Assembly: GCA_030867685.1 (NCBI GenBank)
Contig: JAQOWU010000008.1
Span: 868,001-932,000, forward strand
Source: Wickerhamiella versatilis
Lineage: Eukaryota
DNA: 64,000 nucleotides
Reading direction: 5' to 3'
The notes under the pieces are model-generated. The model was given only the letters and a program-made list of their open reading frames with translations, was not told where the DNA came from and did not search any database. Below are positions 1-9,447 of this stretch, piece by piece. A program made the translations under genes and the position numbers. How positions within the stretch are numbered: position 1 is the stretch's first letter; every line of letters begins with the position of its first letter.

Positions 1-174
1 TTCACGGAAAGCTTTCATGTGATCCATACACTTTCTCCAGTCACCTGTTTCTGCATGGCATAACTGTAATCGCTCGTTTTCTGCGTAACACCCTGTTTTT
101 GCTATCCGTACATCCCAGGGATCCTCCTCTTCTTCCTCCTCACCAGATCCCTGCGGTAAATCACGTAAGGTCAT
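1..174 (-). CDS. COA4: Cytochrome c oxidase assembly factor 4 (twin CX9C), 3' end runs off the window
   Basis: Not in the ORF track. Manual translation from ATG 174: MTLRDLPQGSGEEEEEEDPWDVRIAKTGCYAENERLQLCHAETGDWRKCMDHMKAFRE. The DxWDxRIxxTGC-x9-C...DWRxC pattern is typical of Coa4. In-frame ATGs also at 189 and 192. Confidence 0.9.
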   Translation of the reverse strand, partial: MTLRDLPQGSGEEEEEEDPWDVRIAKTGCYAENERLQLCHAETGDWRKCMDHMKAFRE

Positions 175-190
175 TGGTGATTTGAGCATC

Positions 191-2047
191 ATGAACGTAC
201 TGGTATATGGGGGGGATGGAACCAGTACTGAATCTCTTCATCAAGTATTGTCGTGTTTGCGTTCTGTTCTCTCGCCTTTCTATGCAGTTAGTGTTGTGAG
301 TAAAGATCAAATACTGGATGAGCCTTGGCCCGATGTCACCTCCCTCTTGGTTATACCAGGCGGAGCTGATTTGCCCTACTGCAGAGACCTGAACGGCAAG
401 GGAAATGCTCGTATTTCCAGGTATGTCAGGCAAGGGGGTAGGTTTATGGGTCTTTGTGCAGGAGCTTATTACGGTTGTGCCTCAATCATTTTTGAAGAAA
501 ATACACCAATTGAGGTGTCAGGCCCTCGAGAGCTAGCCTTTCTAGAAGTTTTGGCTAGAGGATGTGTTTTTAAAGGATTTGAATATGGCACTAATAAAGG
601 TGCAAGAGCGGCAAAAGTCTCAACAGACATCGGACAATTCACGACCTTTTATAATGGTGGCTGTCTATTTGATGGAGATGAAAGTCAGATGGAGGTTCTG
701 GCCAGGTATTCCGATCCCATTGATTGTGCTTATTCGGGGCATGACTTGCCCCCTGCAGTTGTTCGAAAAAAATTTGGTTCCGGGTGGGTAGTTCTATCCG
801 GCGTCCACCTGGAGTATGATACCGAGCTTCTGCTTTCCAGAGACAGTTATGAGCAGGAATTACATGACGATTTATCAAAAGACCGGAATCAACGGCTAAA
901 GTTCCTAAAAGAAGTAATAACATCAATTGGGCTACAGGTTAGCGAAAATGAGCCCAGTGTTCCACATCTGACTCCACTCACGTTGACTTCCTTCGGCTGT
1001 AAACCAACAACAGATGACTTTTTAGCATTATTCCCCTCTGAGGTTTTTCCTGATGCCGAAAATCAGTTTTTTATCGGATCGCAGAATACCATTTTAACGA
1101 AAGAGCATTCAGGCTCCACACTTATCAGGGTATATCCCGACAGAGTGCTCCCATCCAAGCGTGAGACTCCGTCATTTGATCATCGTCTTTACTATGATAC
1201 CTTATTGTCAAGCACGCCTCCCTACGCGCAATATCAACCACTTCTCGGTAGTCTTTTTTTGTATGGTGAAGTTGTCACGTCGACAAATTCGATACTGGAT
1301 CACAATCCCAAATTTTTGAAGCGACTTCCCCATGGTTCTGTAGTCTTGGGCTCCCAACAGATTGCTGGAAGGGGTAGGGGGGGCAATGTATGGGTTAGTC
1401 CTAAGGGTCTTTTGGCAGTCAGCGGCGTAATTCGTGTGCCTGTAGCTGAATGCAGATATTCCCTTGTTTTCATCCAATATCTTTCGTCATTAGCCATGGT
1501 AGAAGCTATTCGAAGTTTTGGGCGGCATTATGAGAAACTTGGTGTCAGGCTGAAGTGGCCAAACGATATCTATATTGCGAATGATAATTCTTATATCAAG
1601 CTTGGGGGTATAATTGTTACTTGTTCCATATCTGAAGGAGAATATATTCTAGTGTTCGGATCAGGAACCAACGTCGACAATTCGCATCCTACGGTCTCCC
1701 TTAATTCATGCATAGATGAGTACAGGAGAAAGAATAATGTCGCGATGGATAATATAAAGCTGGAATCTTTGGCGGGGAGGTTTCTGGCTAAGTTTAACGA
1801 GATGTTCCATGTGTTCTTGGCCCAGGGTTTTCGGCCATTTGAATATACATATTACTCCTTGTGGCTGCACTCTGGCCAAGTGGTCACACTCGAACGTTAT
1901 GATCATATAAAGGCTGTCGTCAAAGGCATAAGTCTGGAAGGCGGCATGTTATTAGCAGAGGATTTGTCGTCTAAAGTAGTTTACGAACTTCAACCCGACG
2001 GAAACTCATTTAACATGTTCTCAGGACTTTTGCGGCGCAAAGTGTGA
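191..2047 (+). CDS. BPL1: Biotin--protein ligase
   Basis: MNVLVY start, BPL_N domain (PGGADLPYC, GLCAGAYY), catalytic QIAGRGRGGNVWVSP and KWPND, C-terminal LQPDGNSFNM. First ATG is at 191. Confidence 0.96.
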   Translation: MNVLVYGGDGTSTESLHQVLSCLRSVLSPFYAVSVVSKDQILDEPWPDVTSLLVIPGGADLPYCRDLNGKGNARISRYVRQGGRFMGLCAGAYYGCASIIFEENTPIEVSGPRELAFLEVLARGCVFKGFEYGTNKGARAAKVSTDIGQFTTFYNGGCLFDGDESQMEVLARYSDPIDCAYSGHDLPPAVVRKKFGSGWVVLSGVHLEYDTELLLSRDSYEQELHDDLSKDRNQRLKFLKEVITSIGLQVSENEPSVPHLTPLTLTSFGCKPTTDDFLALFPSEVFPDAENQFFIGSQNTILTKEHSGSTLIRVYPDRVLPSKRETPSFDHRLYYDTLLSSTPPYAQYQPLLGSLFLYGEVVTSTNSILDHNPKFLKRLPHGSVVLGSQQIAGRGRGGNVWVSPKGLLAVSGVIRVPVAECRYSLVFIQYLSSLAMVEAIRSFGRHYEKLGVRLKWPNDIYIANDNSYIKLGGIIVTCSISEGEYILVFGSGTNVDNSHPTVSLNSCIDEYRRKNNVAMDNIKLESLAGRFLAKFNEMFHVFLAQGFRPFEYTYYSLWLHSGQVVTLERYDHIKAVVKGISLEGGMLLAEDLSSKVVYELQPDGNSFNMFSGLLRRKV

Positions 2048-2100
2048 ACATTATTTTTAAAAAAATCGTAGACTTATATTTGCAGGACTATTTTTAAGGC

Positions 2101-3888
2101 TTATATGGGGACATCATAGGCTAGTTTCCTTCTCAACATCCAAAGAACCTCGGATGCTGAAAATCCGGGGTCAAGAACCAGTTCCCATTCTTTCTTATGC
2201 TGGGCTTGGGTGATAAGATCGAGTCCCTTCTGTCTGATTTCAGGAGCGGCCTTCTCCCAGGAATCGAGTACAGTCATTAACAGGGTTATTGTCTTTAGGC
2301 CGATTTCAGTACCAACACCAATTATCGACAGAGCCAATAAAGGTATAGATTGCAATGGAGGATTCGGAAGACTGAGCAGTCCCTCGAGGCATATGGAAAG
2401 GGCGTCATATTCACCTGATTCAAGAGAATCCATAATTTTGACGAGAACTGCAAGGGGTGCTAAACAATCAAGAACCTCGGAAGAGACCTCAGCAAGTCTC
2501 TTCTCATTATCTATGCGTTTTGTGCGAAACAAATCAAGAGTCACGTCGTCGCCTATAGGCTTACGCTCCAACAGCATCAGCTCGAATATTTCCCAGCATA
2601 CTTTTCGAGCAGAGAAAACGTCATCCGCTCTCACGTACATTATTACTGAATCAAACACTTGCTGCTGCTTCATGAACTCTTCCGCGGCTATCTGACATAT
2701 TTGTCTTGCAACTAGAGGTAAATCCAGAATCTCACAAAGCTCCAATACAGATTCATATTCTTTGTGCTGCTTAGATACCTCTGGAAGTAGGGATTCTGCA
2801 AGATTTCGAGCTTTTGAAGTACCCATATTTCCCAAGACCTCCAAACCAATGTTGAGAAGGTCAGGTTGCGACAAGCAAAGAATAGCAAACCTCAGAGCCA
2901 AAGCCTCTCTTGCACTTTTAGCATCTGCAGGATATTGGTCGAAAGCCCCCTTGCAGGCAAGAAATTCTGATGTTACCATGGCAAGTGTTATATCCAAACG
3001 CTCAAGTGATGCCAGAGCTTCCAAGCTTTTTCGTTGCAATATGCCTGCACATCCCACCTCCCATTCAACAGTTACATCTACTGGATGTTTTTCTTGAGCT
3101 GCAGTGAAATATAAAGGAAGCATGTCAGGCAAAGGATCAATATACATGTAAAGGGCCGTTACCGCAGTATACCATGTAAGCGACTCCTTCAATATAGCTC
3201 CCTCATTACCTGTGATGATTCTGATCACACTACCAAGGCTTACACGCCACTCTATATCCTTCAGCTCTTGAACTTTGACATCAAGATTTAGCGCACTCTT
3301 ACGCCACTCCCTAAGCGCAAACACACGGTCAAAATTAGTAGGATACGTTATTAGAAGACCACATAAATCAGCAAGAGCTGCAGCTACGTCGTGATTTTTC
3401 GTTCGCACTTTTTTTACCTCTTCGGCTGCCTCACTGAGACGTGCTGATATCAGGAGCCCCGTGACCCTCTGCCAAAACAGTGGACCACCCACATCATCAT
3501 CATATGCATCTAGAGAAGGATCGACAAAATGCGTCCAACTTACAAGCTCTTCAACCTGTAGGAGGCTATTCGGATTGTAGGGCAGTAAGTCTACCGCTTT
3601 GAAACATCGAATCTCCGCGAGTGCATCCGTCAGCGGCACTGGATCCTCCATCTGATCTTGTGCATCTTCGACGAGAGTAATAAATTCGTCCAAATATTTA
3701 TCTACTAGGGATGACTGTTGTAACGGTGAGACGAATCTCTCCTGTGTGAATTCATTCATCAGCTCATAGGCATGTCTGATCATCTCTATCTCACCTGAAC
3801 TGAGCGGAACTTTCACTAACTCCGCCCACATCCTATAATTCGCGTCCTGGTGGGGCCACACCTTCATCCCAGTACTTGGCCCACCCAT
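2101..3888 (-). CDS. NUP85: Nucleoporin Nup85-like helical protein
   Basis: About 595 aa helical protein with FWQRVTGLLISARL and WYTAVTALYMYIDP segments resembling Nup85. First ATG is at 3888. Confidence 0.7.
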   Translation of the reverse strand: MGGPSTGMKVWPHQDANYRMWAELVKVPLSSGEIEMIRHAYELMNEFTQERFVSPLQQSSLVDKYLDEFITLVEDAQDQMEDPVPLTDALAEIRCFKAVDLLPYNPNSLLQVEELVSWTHFVDPSLDAYDDDVGGPLFWQRVTGLLISARLSEAAEEVKKVRTKNHDVAAALADLCGLLITYPTNFDRVFALREWRKSALNLDVKVQELKDIEWRVSLGSVIRIITGNEGAILKESLTWYTAVTALYMYIDPLPDMLPLYFTAAQEKHPVDVTVEWEVGCAGILQRKSLEALASLERLDITLAMVTSEFLACKGAFDQYPADAKSAREALALRFAILCLSQPDLLNIGLEVLGNMGTSKARNLAESLLPEVSKQHKEYESVLELCEILDLPLVARQICQIAAEEFMKQQQVFDSVIMYVRADDVFSARKVCWEIFELMLLERKPIGDDVTLDLFRTKRIDNEKRLAEVSSEVLDCLAPLAVLVKIMDSLESGEYDALSICLEGLLSLPNPPLQSIPLLALSIIGVGTEIGLKTITLLMTVLDSWEKAAPEIRQKGLDLITQAQHKKEWELVLDPGFSASEVLWMLRRKLAYDVPI

Positions 3889-4254
3889 GGCTGACGTGAG
3901 GTGAGGAAGGAGACCTGACTGAAAATTGACCTCTAGGCTAAATCTGCCTACTCTTAACAAATCTATTCACTGGATGAAGCTATTCAAATTCTTTATCGTG
4001 TTATATTATTTTATTTTTTTTTCTCTAAAGAATTTTTAGGCTAAACACTAGATTAGCACAATTAGAATTATACGTGTAGACTTGTCGATGGTCAAATACA
4101 AATCCCGTAGCTATAATTGAATCTACAATTGTCCTCGTTCGAACCATAATTGTCTCAAGCTATACGCGCACAAAAAAAGTCATGCTACTGCATAGCTATA
4201 ATTAGAGTCCCTTTCTTACACTTGGTGGTTAGGTAAACAGTGAGAGGAAAACAA

Positions 4255-4899
4255 ATGAATATCTTGGCCACTTTGGCTATAGCCATTACTTTGGTGTCCA
4301 GGTGCCATGCAATTGAGTCTGAATATGGAAATTTATATGCTCGTGATGATGGAAGTTCTATAACATCAGAAGTTGCGTCAAAAACTGAGTCTCAACAGAA
4401 AACAACATCCGTTGATCCAAATTTACCAGCTGGAGAGGCAGTGATGGTTTCCCCCAAGACCACTGAATCTGTGTATGTCAAAAGTGGAGATAACGCTACA
4501 TTTTCTTGGACTTACACAAATGTTGTTAATAGTCCATCAGCCATCAACGTTGCAGCAATCTGCACGTCAAACCAGCAGACTTATATGATTGCCCAAAATC
4601 AAAGCATTGACAAGTCCAGCGCTGTTTGGGATACTAGGCATGCGGCTTCTTCAGGAATGGGCCCAATAACGGCGGAATATACCCTTTATGTGTACGATGC
4701 AAATAGCACTCCTTCTGCAACTGCTTCTGCTGGCGAGCTATCATCAATGCAATTCATTTTTGGTCTATATTTGCCAAAAAAGTATAATCCATGGCCACAG
4801 AATGACAGCTATGTGAATAGTGCCGTCTATTCAAAACAAGGTTTTATGGCATTATTTTTGTGTTCTGCCGTAACTCTCATGGCAGTATTAGCCAGCTGA
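4255..4899 (+). CDS. Secreted, probably GPI- or membrane-anchored fungal protein
   Basis: Signal peptide, S/T-rich linker, beta-rich domain (VDPNLPAG...FSWTYT...YTLYVYD), hydrophobic C-terminus. Confidence 0.75.
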   Translation: MNILATLAIAITLVSRCHAIESEYGNLYARDDGSSITSEVASKTESQQKTTSVDPNLPAGEAVMVSPKTTESVYVKSGDNATFSWTYTNVVNSPSAINVAAICTSNQQTYMIAQNQSIDKSSAVWDTRHAASSGMGPITAEYTLYVYDANSTPSATASAGELSSMQFIFGLYLPKKYNPWPQNDSYVNSAVYSKQGFMALFLCSAVTLMAVLAS

Positions 4900-4916
4900 G
4901 ATATTTATTGTGTACA

Positions 4917-5120
4917 TTAGTGCTCTCTATAGATAGCAACTGTCTTTTCTTCGTCACGGCGAACCAGTATATCATAGTCTCTTAATACGAATGCACCACT
5001 CTCTTGAGCTGCTAGAGTATGAATTATCATACCACTGTCTTCTTCCTTTGCCACACCCCATGCTTTGACATTGTTTCCATGATCTTGAACTATGAGGCCG
5101 CCCTTCACTTCTCCGGACAT
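4917..5120 (-). CDS. Ego2/Ego4 (LAMTOR5-like) small roadblock protein
   Basis: 67 aa. VKGGLIVQDHGNNVKAWGV...TVAIY parallels Ego2 IKGTIAFDTHGNVIESTGV...TLAVY (recalled). Confidence 0.6.
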   Translation of the reverse strand: MSGEVKGGLIVQDHGNNVKAWGVAKEEDSGMIIHTLAAQESGAFVLRDYDILVRRDEEKTVAIYREH

Positions 5121-5159
5121 ACTAGGGCGCTTAGTTAAGCTCAGTGGGCTAACTGAGCC

Positions 5160-6782
5160 ATGCTGGCGATAGTAGCACTACCAGTGCTCGGGGTATTATC
5201 AGTTGCCACACTTGCTAGATGGGCTCCGATCAGACAGTTTCCCTTATTCTTGACGTTCCCTTTAGTCGTTTCCATATGGATCCCACTGTCAACTGTAGTG
5301 CTCGTTCCTGCCGACCTTATAGACGATACTGAATCATTTGGCAATCATGGACGTCTTATAATGTGGCGCATTATTTACTGGCTTTCTTTCGTTCTTTCGT
5401 GGCTAGTCTTACCAATACTGCAGTCGTACGTCGAGAGCGGGTATTATGAACCTTGGGCCAAAGTAAAAGACGCGTTGCGCCATAATCTTAAATATCAGCT
5501 AGTGATGCTGGGAGCCGGAACGGTGGGATTGATTTATATGGGGTTGAGCTCTGGAATGAGTCTGGGAAATCTCAAGGCACTCGCGGTGGCCCTCAGTTAC
5601 TTGTACACACTAGTAATTGCAATTTGGCTTTTAGGTCATGGGATGGTGAATGTACCTCGTGACCTGTGGAATGATCGGGTCTCCACCAAATTGTCTTATC
5701 TCTATACCAGAGCAGTATATGTGCATGACACCTACGCTGATGCGCAAGCTAATTACGACGATGCTGTGTCTAAGGTCATGGCATTAGCAGCAATAAAAAA
5801 CACCAGATTTGCTAGCTGGCTGGATGATCTTGTAGAGGCTATTCGAAGACAGAATTTACCATTGTCACGTGCCTCGTCATCACGCGCTCAACCAAGGGAT
5901 CTTAACGACTATAATCTAGCCAATGTTTCACGCAGACTGTTTCGTGAGCAGCATCGGGCTATCAGGTACCGTGCGGACTGGCAGCGGCTTGTTGATGATG
6001 TGGCATTCTACGAGGACATAGACAACGCCCGGCTGCAAGGTCACCTGCAGTTCCGCCACTACGAGCCAAGGTGGCTTGGTCCGCGTGCAGCATATATTTA
6101 TTTTGTCACTTTGAGACCTTTTATCAAGCGCGGAGCCGCCATTCTTACAGCGAGCCTGTCCATCACTATACTTTGGTCTGAGCTTGTTTCGAGTACTTCG
6201 TTCAGTCTTGTCGATGTGGCAGTAAGCCATACTTCAGGAGCCGCCCAATTCTTGTTAGCTGCCTTTTTTTTGAGCTATATGTGCCTTGCCACGCTCAGTG
6301 CATTAACAAGTTTGCGGATTTTTAACATTTATGCATTAGTCGACCGAGACACAGATCCTTCATCATTGCTTTTCTACGCTTCTTATATGTGCCGGTTGGC
6401 GATACCGCTTAGTTACAACTTTCTCACTCTCAACGAGACCAACAATACTGTGTTCCAAGACTTTCTGGGCAAATTCATCAATCTAACGCCGCTTGGAAAG
6501 TATTTTAACCAATTATTGCCACGTCTGATCCTCATTCCGATGATTCTAACTGCTTTTCATGTTTATGATAAGGCCAAAGATTATTTGGGCTTTGGGATTT
6601 ACGGTCTCGAGGACTCTGAGGAATCTGGTTTCTTTTCGGGAACTGATGAGGGCCGAGACCTTGTCCATAGATCATTAAATGGATCCAATCCCTTTGCAAA
6701 TGCTGCTGATAGTTCTGTGGGTAACGATTCAGAGCCGCAATCGCAAAGTATCTTTGGAAATATCCGTTCTTGGTTTAGATAA
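5160..6782 (+). CDS. LMBR1-family (LMBRD2-like) multi-pass membrane protein
   Basis: WRIIYWLSFVLSWLVLPILQSYVESG and CRLAIPLSYNFL motifs, many TM segments. Confidence 0.9.
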   Translation: MLAIVALPVLGVLSVATLARWAPIRQFPLFLTFPLVVSIWIPLSTVVLVPADLIDDTESFGNHGRLIMWRIIYWLSFVLSWLVLPILQSYVESGYYEPWAKVKDALRHNLKYQLVMLGAGTVGLIYMGLSSGMSLGNLKALAVALSYLYTLVIAIWLLGHGMVNVPRDLWNDRVSTKLSYLYTRAVYVHDTYADAQANYDDAVSKVMALAAIKNTRFASWLDDLVEAIRRQNLPLSRASSSRAQPRDLNDYNLANVSRRLFREQHRAIRYRADWQRLVDDVAFYEDIDNARLQGHLQFRHYEPRWLGPRAAYIYFVTLRPFIKRGAAILTASLSITILWSELVSSTSFSLVDVAVSHTSGAAQFLLAAFFLSYMCLATLSALTSLRIFNIYALVDRDTDPSSLLFYASYMCRLAIPLSYNFLTLNETNNTVFQDFLGKFINLTPLGKYFNQLLPRLILIPMILTAFHVYDKAKDYLGFGIYGLEDSEESGFFSGTDEGRDLVHRSLNGSNPFANAADSSVGNDSEPQSQSIFGNIRSWFR

Positions 6783-6839
6783 CACCCTATTAATGATAGA
6801 TAGGCAAAAAATCTCTAGTTCACTTGCCGATTAAACCTT

Positions 6840-8432
6840 TTACTCCTCCTCCTTCTTTACCCCACTGGTGGCCATACGGAATGCATTGTATGATCGGATC
6901 TTGCTGTCCTGGAAGTCAACAATCGGCTCGGGATAGCCCAACTTCTCAAACTCTGCTCGAGATAAGCGTTTTGAGGGCTCAAAAATCGCCTTTCCATTTA
7001 ACTCTCTTAACTCTGGAACCCATTTGCGAATATATGTACCATCTGGATCGCATTTTTCACCCTGAATCACGGGATTGAACGTAGTGTAACTCGGTTCCCA
7101 TCCAAATGAGTTATTCGCGTGATCCCAATCTATCAAATTTTCCGCGAAAAATCGTGCCCCACGTCTATAGTCAATAAGAAGATTGTTTTTTAAGAAACTT
7201 GCAACGTTCATGCGAAGTCGATTGTGCATATATGCCTCTGACTGGAGCTGACGCATTCCGGCGTCAATGAAAGGAAATCCAGTAGTACCATCACACCAGC
7301 TTTTCCATTTTTTCTCTGAATCATCGCTTGTGTCCCAGATGACATTGTCAAACTTAAGGTTCTGAGGTAGATTCATGGCTATATGAGGGCATATGGAAAT
7401 CATCTGGCGATAGAATTCTCTAAACACGAGCTCGCGTACCCATGCCCAAGCACCTCCACTACCGGAAAGCATCTTCTTGTGTCCGTCTTTCACTTCTTCC
7501 GCGACTGTGCTGAGCGCCTCGCGGACACCTAGACTACCTATCGCAAAGTACGGGGAGAGGCGGCTACTATTTTCGGTTGCTGGGGTAGACCTTTCACTAC
7601 CATAGGTGCCAATTTGTTTTGATAGAAATGATTTCAATCGTTTTATAGCAGCATCATGTCCTGCAGGCCAAATCTTTCTGATCTTGTCACGTTGATCCGT
7701 GCTCCTAAACTGTAATGCTTCGGGTATTTTGAATTCTGTATCTGGCAGATCAGGCTCATCCTCATTCCCTTTTGGCGGTGGTTCTGGCTTGTATAGCTGG
7801 GGGCGACGTGAAACCTCTGACGACCACCTCTCGTGGAATCTTGAGAATACCTTACATGGTGTTCCATTGGCTGTAACCACGGTACATGGCTCAATGACTG
7901 TTTGGTCATGCAGCCCAAGAAAAGTACATTCATTTCCCAGTACTTCAAGTACCCGGATGTCGCGCATTAATTCATCATACTCGTACTGAATGTTTGCATA
8001 GATGTGGCTAACATCGTATTTCTGTGCAATATTCCGAATTTCCTCCGCTTGCTGATCCTTTTTGTCTAGCGTGACTCCAATAAAGGGGATTTTCAGTCCT
8101 TTTAGTTTTTCCTTTAGTTCTCGAAGCGTCTCGACAAGAAAGTCCGTCTTTGCTGCACTCCATCCATGCCACTCAAGCTCCTCGGGCACAAAGAGATAAC
8201 AGGCGAGAAGTGTTTTTCCTGATTTACGTGCTTTCTCCGAGGCTCTGGCTAACGCACGATTGTCTTCTATTCTCAGATCACCGGTACGAAACCAGTGTAA
8301 AACATTGCGAGTCTTCACATCTTTTGCAAAAGCAAACCCAGTCTTGAGCTGCTCAAGCGGTAAATTCTCGTCTATTTCTCTGGCTCGTTTTAGTGTAGGA
8401 TGCCTCAACGCTTGGCCCGCCGTGCGCTTCAT
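6840..8432 (-). CDS. PHR1: DNA photolyase/cryptochrome family protein (class I CPD-like, atypical)
   Basis: HWFRTGDLRIEDNRAL, SRLSPY, TGFPFIDAGMRQL, MHNRLRMNVASFL, YIRKWVPEL. First ATG is at 8432. Confidence 0.9.
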   Translation of the reverse strand: MKRTAGQALRHPTLKRAREIDENLPLEQLKTGFAFAKDVKTRNVLHWFRTGDLRIEDNRALARASEKARKSGKTLLACYLFVPEELEWHGWSAAKTDFLVETLRELKEKLKGLKIPFIGVTLDKKDQQAEEIRNIAQKYDVSHIYANIQYEYDELMRDIRVLEVLGNECTFLGLHDQTVIEPCTVVTANGTPCKVFSRFHERWSSEVSRRPQLYKPEPPPKGNEDEPDLPDTEFKIPEALQFRSTDQRDKIRKIWPAGHDAAIKRLKSFLSKQIGTYGSERSTPATENSSRLSPYFAIGSLGVREALSTVAEEVKDGHKKMLSGSGGAWAWVRELVFREFYRQMISICPHIAMNLPQNLKFDNVIWDTSDDSEKKWKSWCDGTTGFPFIDAGMRQLQSEAYMHNRLRMNVASFLKNNLLIDYRRGARFFAENLIDWDHANNSFGWEPSYTTFNPVIQGEKCDPDGTYIRKWVPELRELNGKAIFEPSKRLSRAEFEKLGYPEPIVDFQDSKIRSYNAFRMATSGVKKEEE

Positions 8433-8873
8433 GATCCGCAATCTTACGTTATTTCAGAGATATATGTTGCTATTCATTATTTCATTTATTGCTCTATCTA
8501 GCATGCCCTAGAAATGAATAATCCAATCAATTGCGATCCAGGCTATCTATGTCGCGGTGGTGGTCACTGCAAGAATCAGGCCGAAAAGCAATAAGATAAG
8601 ATGTCAAATCATATATCATAAGATATCATAAGCCCATCTATAAATAACACATGCATCCACTTATATCTACTTAGATCAAAAAACTAAAGCATGCCTAGCT
8701 ATAACCGTCTGAGACAGCAAAGTCAAAAAAAAAGAATAAAATTGCGGTTACGTGGGATCGTCATACCAGGGTAGGCCAGGTCAAGAATCCGATAACAATG
8801 GAAGCGAAAAAAGGACAATTCACCAAATCTAGGACTACAGACAGTTTAACTAAATCAAGACATATAAAATAGT

Positions 8874-8910
8874 GGGCTCGGCTCAATCCAGCATCATTGC
8901 ATCACTGCCC
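8874..8910 (-). promoter_or_regulatory. Predicted tandem kink-turn RNA element in the SNU13 3' UTR
   Basis: mRNA sense: GGGC-AGU-GAU-GC-AAU-GAUG-CUGGA-UUGA-GC-CGA-GCCC. Two 3-nt bulges, each followed by tandem G.A/A.G pairs. Confidence 0.7.
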
Positions 8911-8958
8911 TCCAAAAAAGATTACACAGGCTACCTGCTTAATATCGCACAAGCCGAA

Positions 8959-9342
8959 TCAGATGAGAAGACGCTCTATCTTGTCCCTCAGAGCGTAGAT
9001 CTGGTCCTTGATCTGTGAAGCATCGTTCGAGGTGACCGAAGCTGCGACAACTGGTCGGGAAACACCACAAGCGTTGCCCAAAGCGACTTTCGACGGAACA
9101 AAGATATAAGGCACATTCTTATCCTCACTGAGAAGAGGCAGGTGAAGCACAATTTCAATAGGCTCAGCATCAGCAGCCATCACAACGAACTCTGCAATTC
9201 CGCGATTCAGAGTTTTAGTGGCCTCATTCGCACCTTTCTTTAGCTGGCGAAGATGGGTTGCCTGTCTTATTATATCCAAAAGCTGCTGGGTAGTACCGGC
9301 GTCTGCCAAGGGAAATGCACGAGAGTCTGGAGCACTGCTCAT
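8959..9342 (-). CDS. SNU13: Snu13/15.5K, L7Ae-family kink-turn-binding protein
   Basis: [44 protein letters not shown] end. Confidence 0.98.
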   Translation of the reverse strand: MSSAPDSRAFPLADAGTTQQLLDIIRQATHLRQLKKGANEATKTLNRGIAEFVVMAADAEPIEIVLHLPLLSEDKNVPYIFVPSKVALGNACGVSRPVVAASVTSNDASQIKDQIYALRDKIERLLI

Positions 9343-9355
9343 ATTGGTAGAAAAC

Positions 9356-9373
9356 TGAAAAAAATATCGATGA
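9356..9373. promoter_or_regulatory. RRPE-like plus PAC-like (ribosome biogenesis) motif pair upstream of SNU13
   Basis: TGAAAAAAATATCGATGAG: a TGAAAAA tract directly followed by CGATGAG, 14-31 nt upstream of the SNU13 ATG. Confidence 0.5.
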
Positions 9374-9447
9374 GTCAGAAGTGACAGTGGACTGCTTAGT
9401 CGCTTGTCCTCGCAACTCTGCGTAGTCAGCAGTACTATTAGCTATTG

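Noticed and set aside
4130-4150. GGTTCGAA B-box/T-loop-like word in intergenic DNA
   Set aside because: No T-stem pairing or cloverleaf, so not a tRNA.
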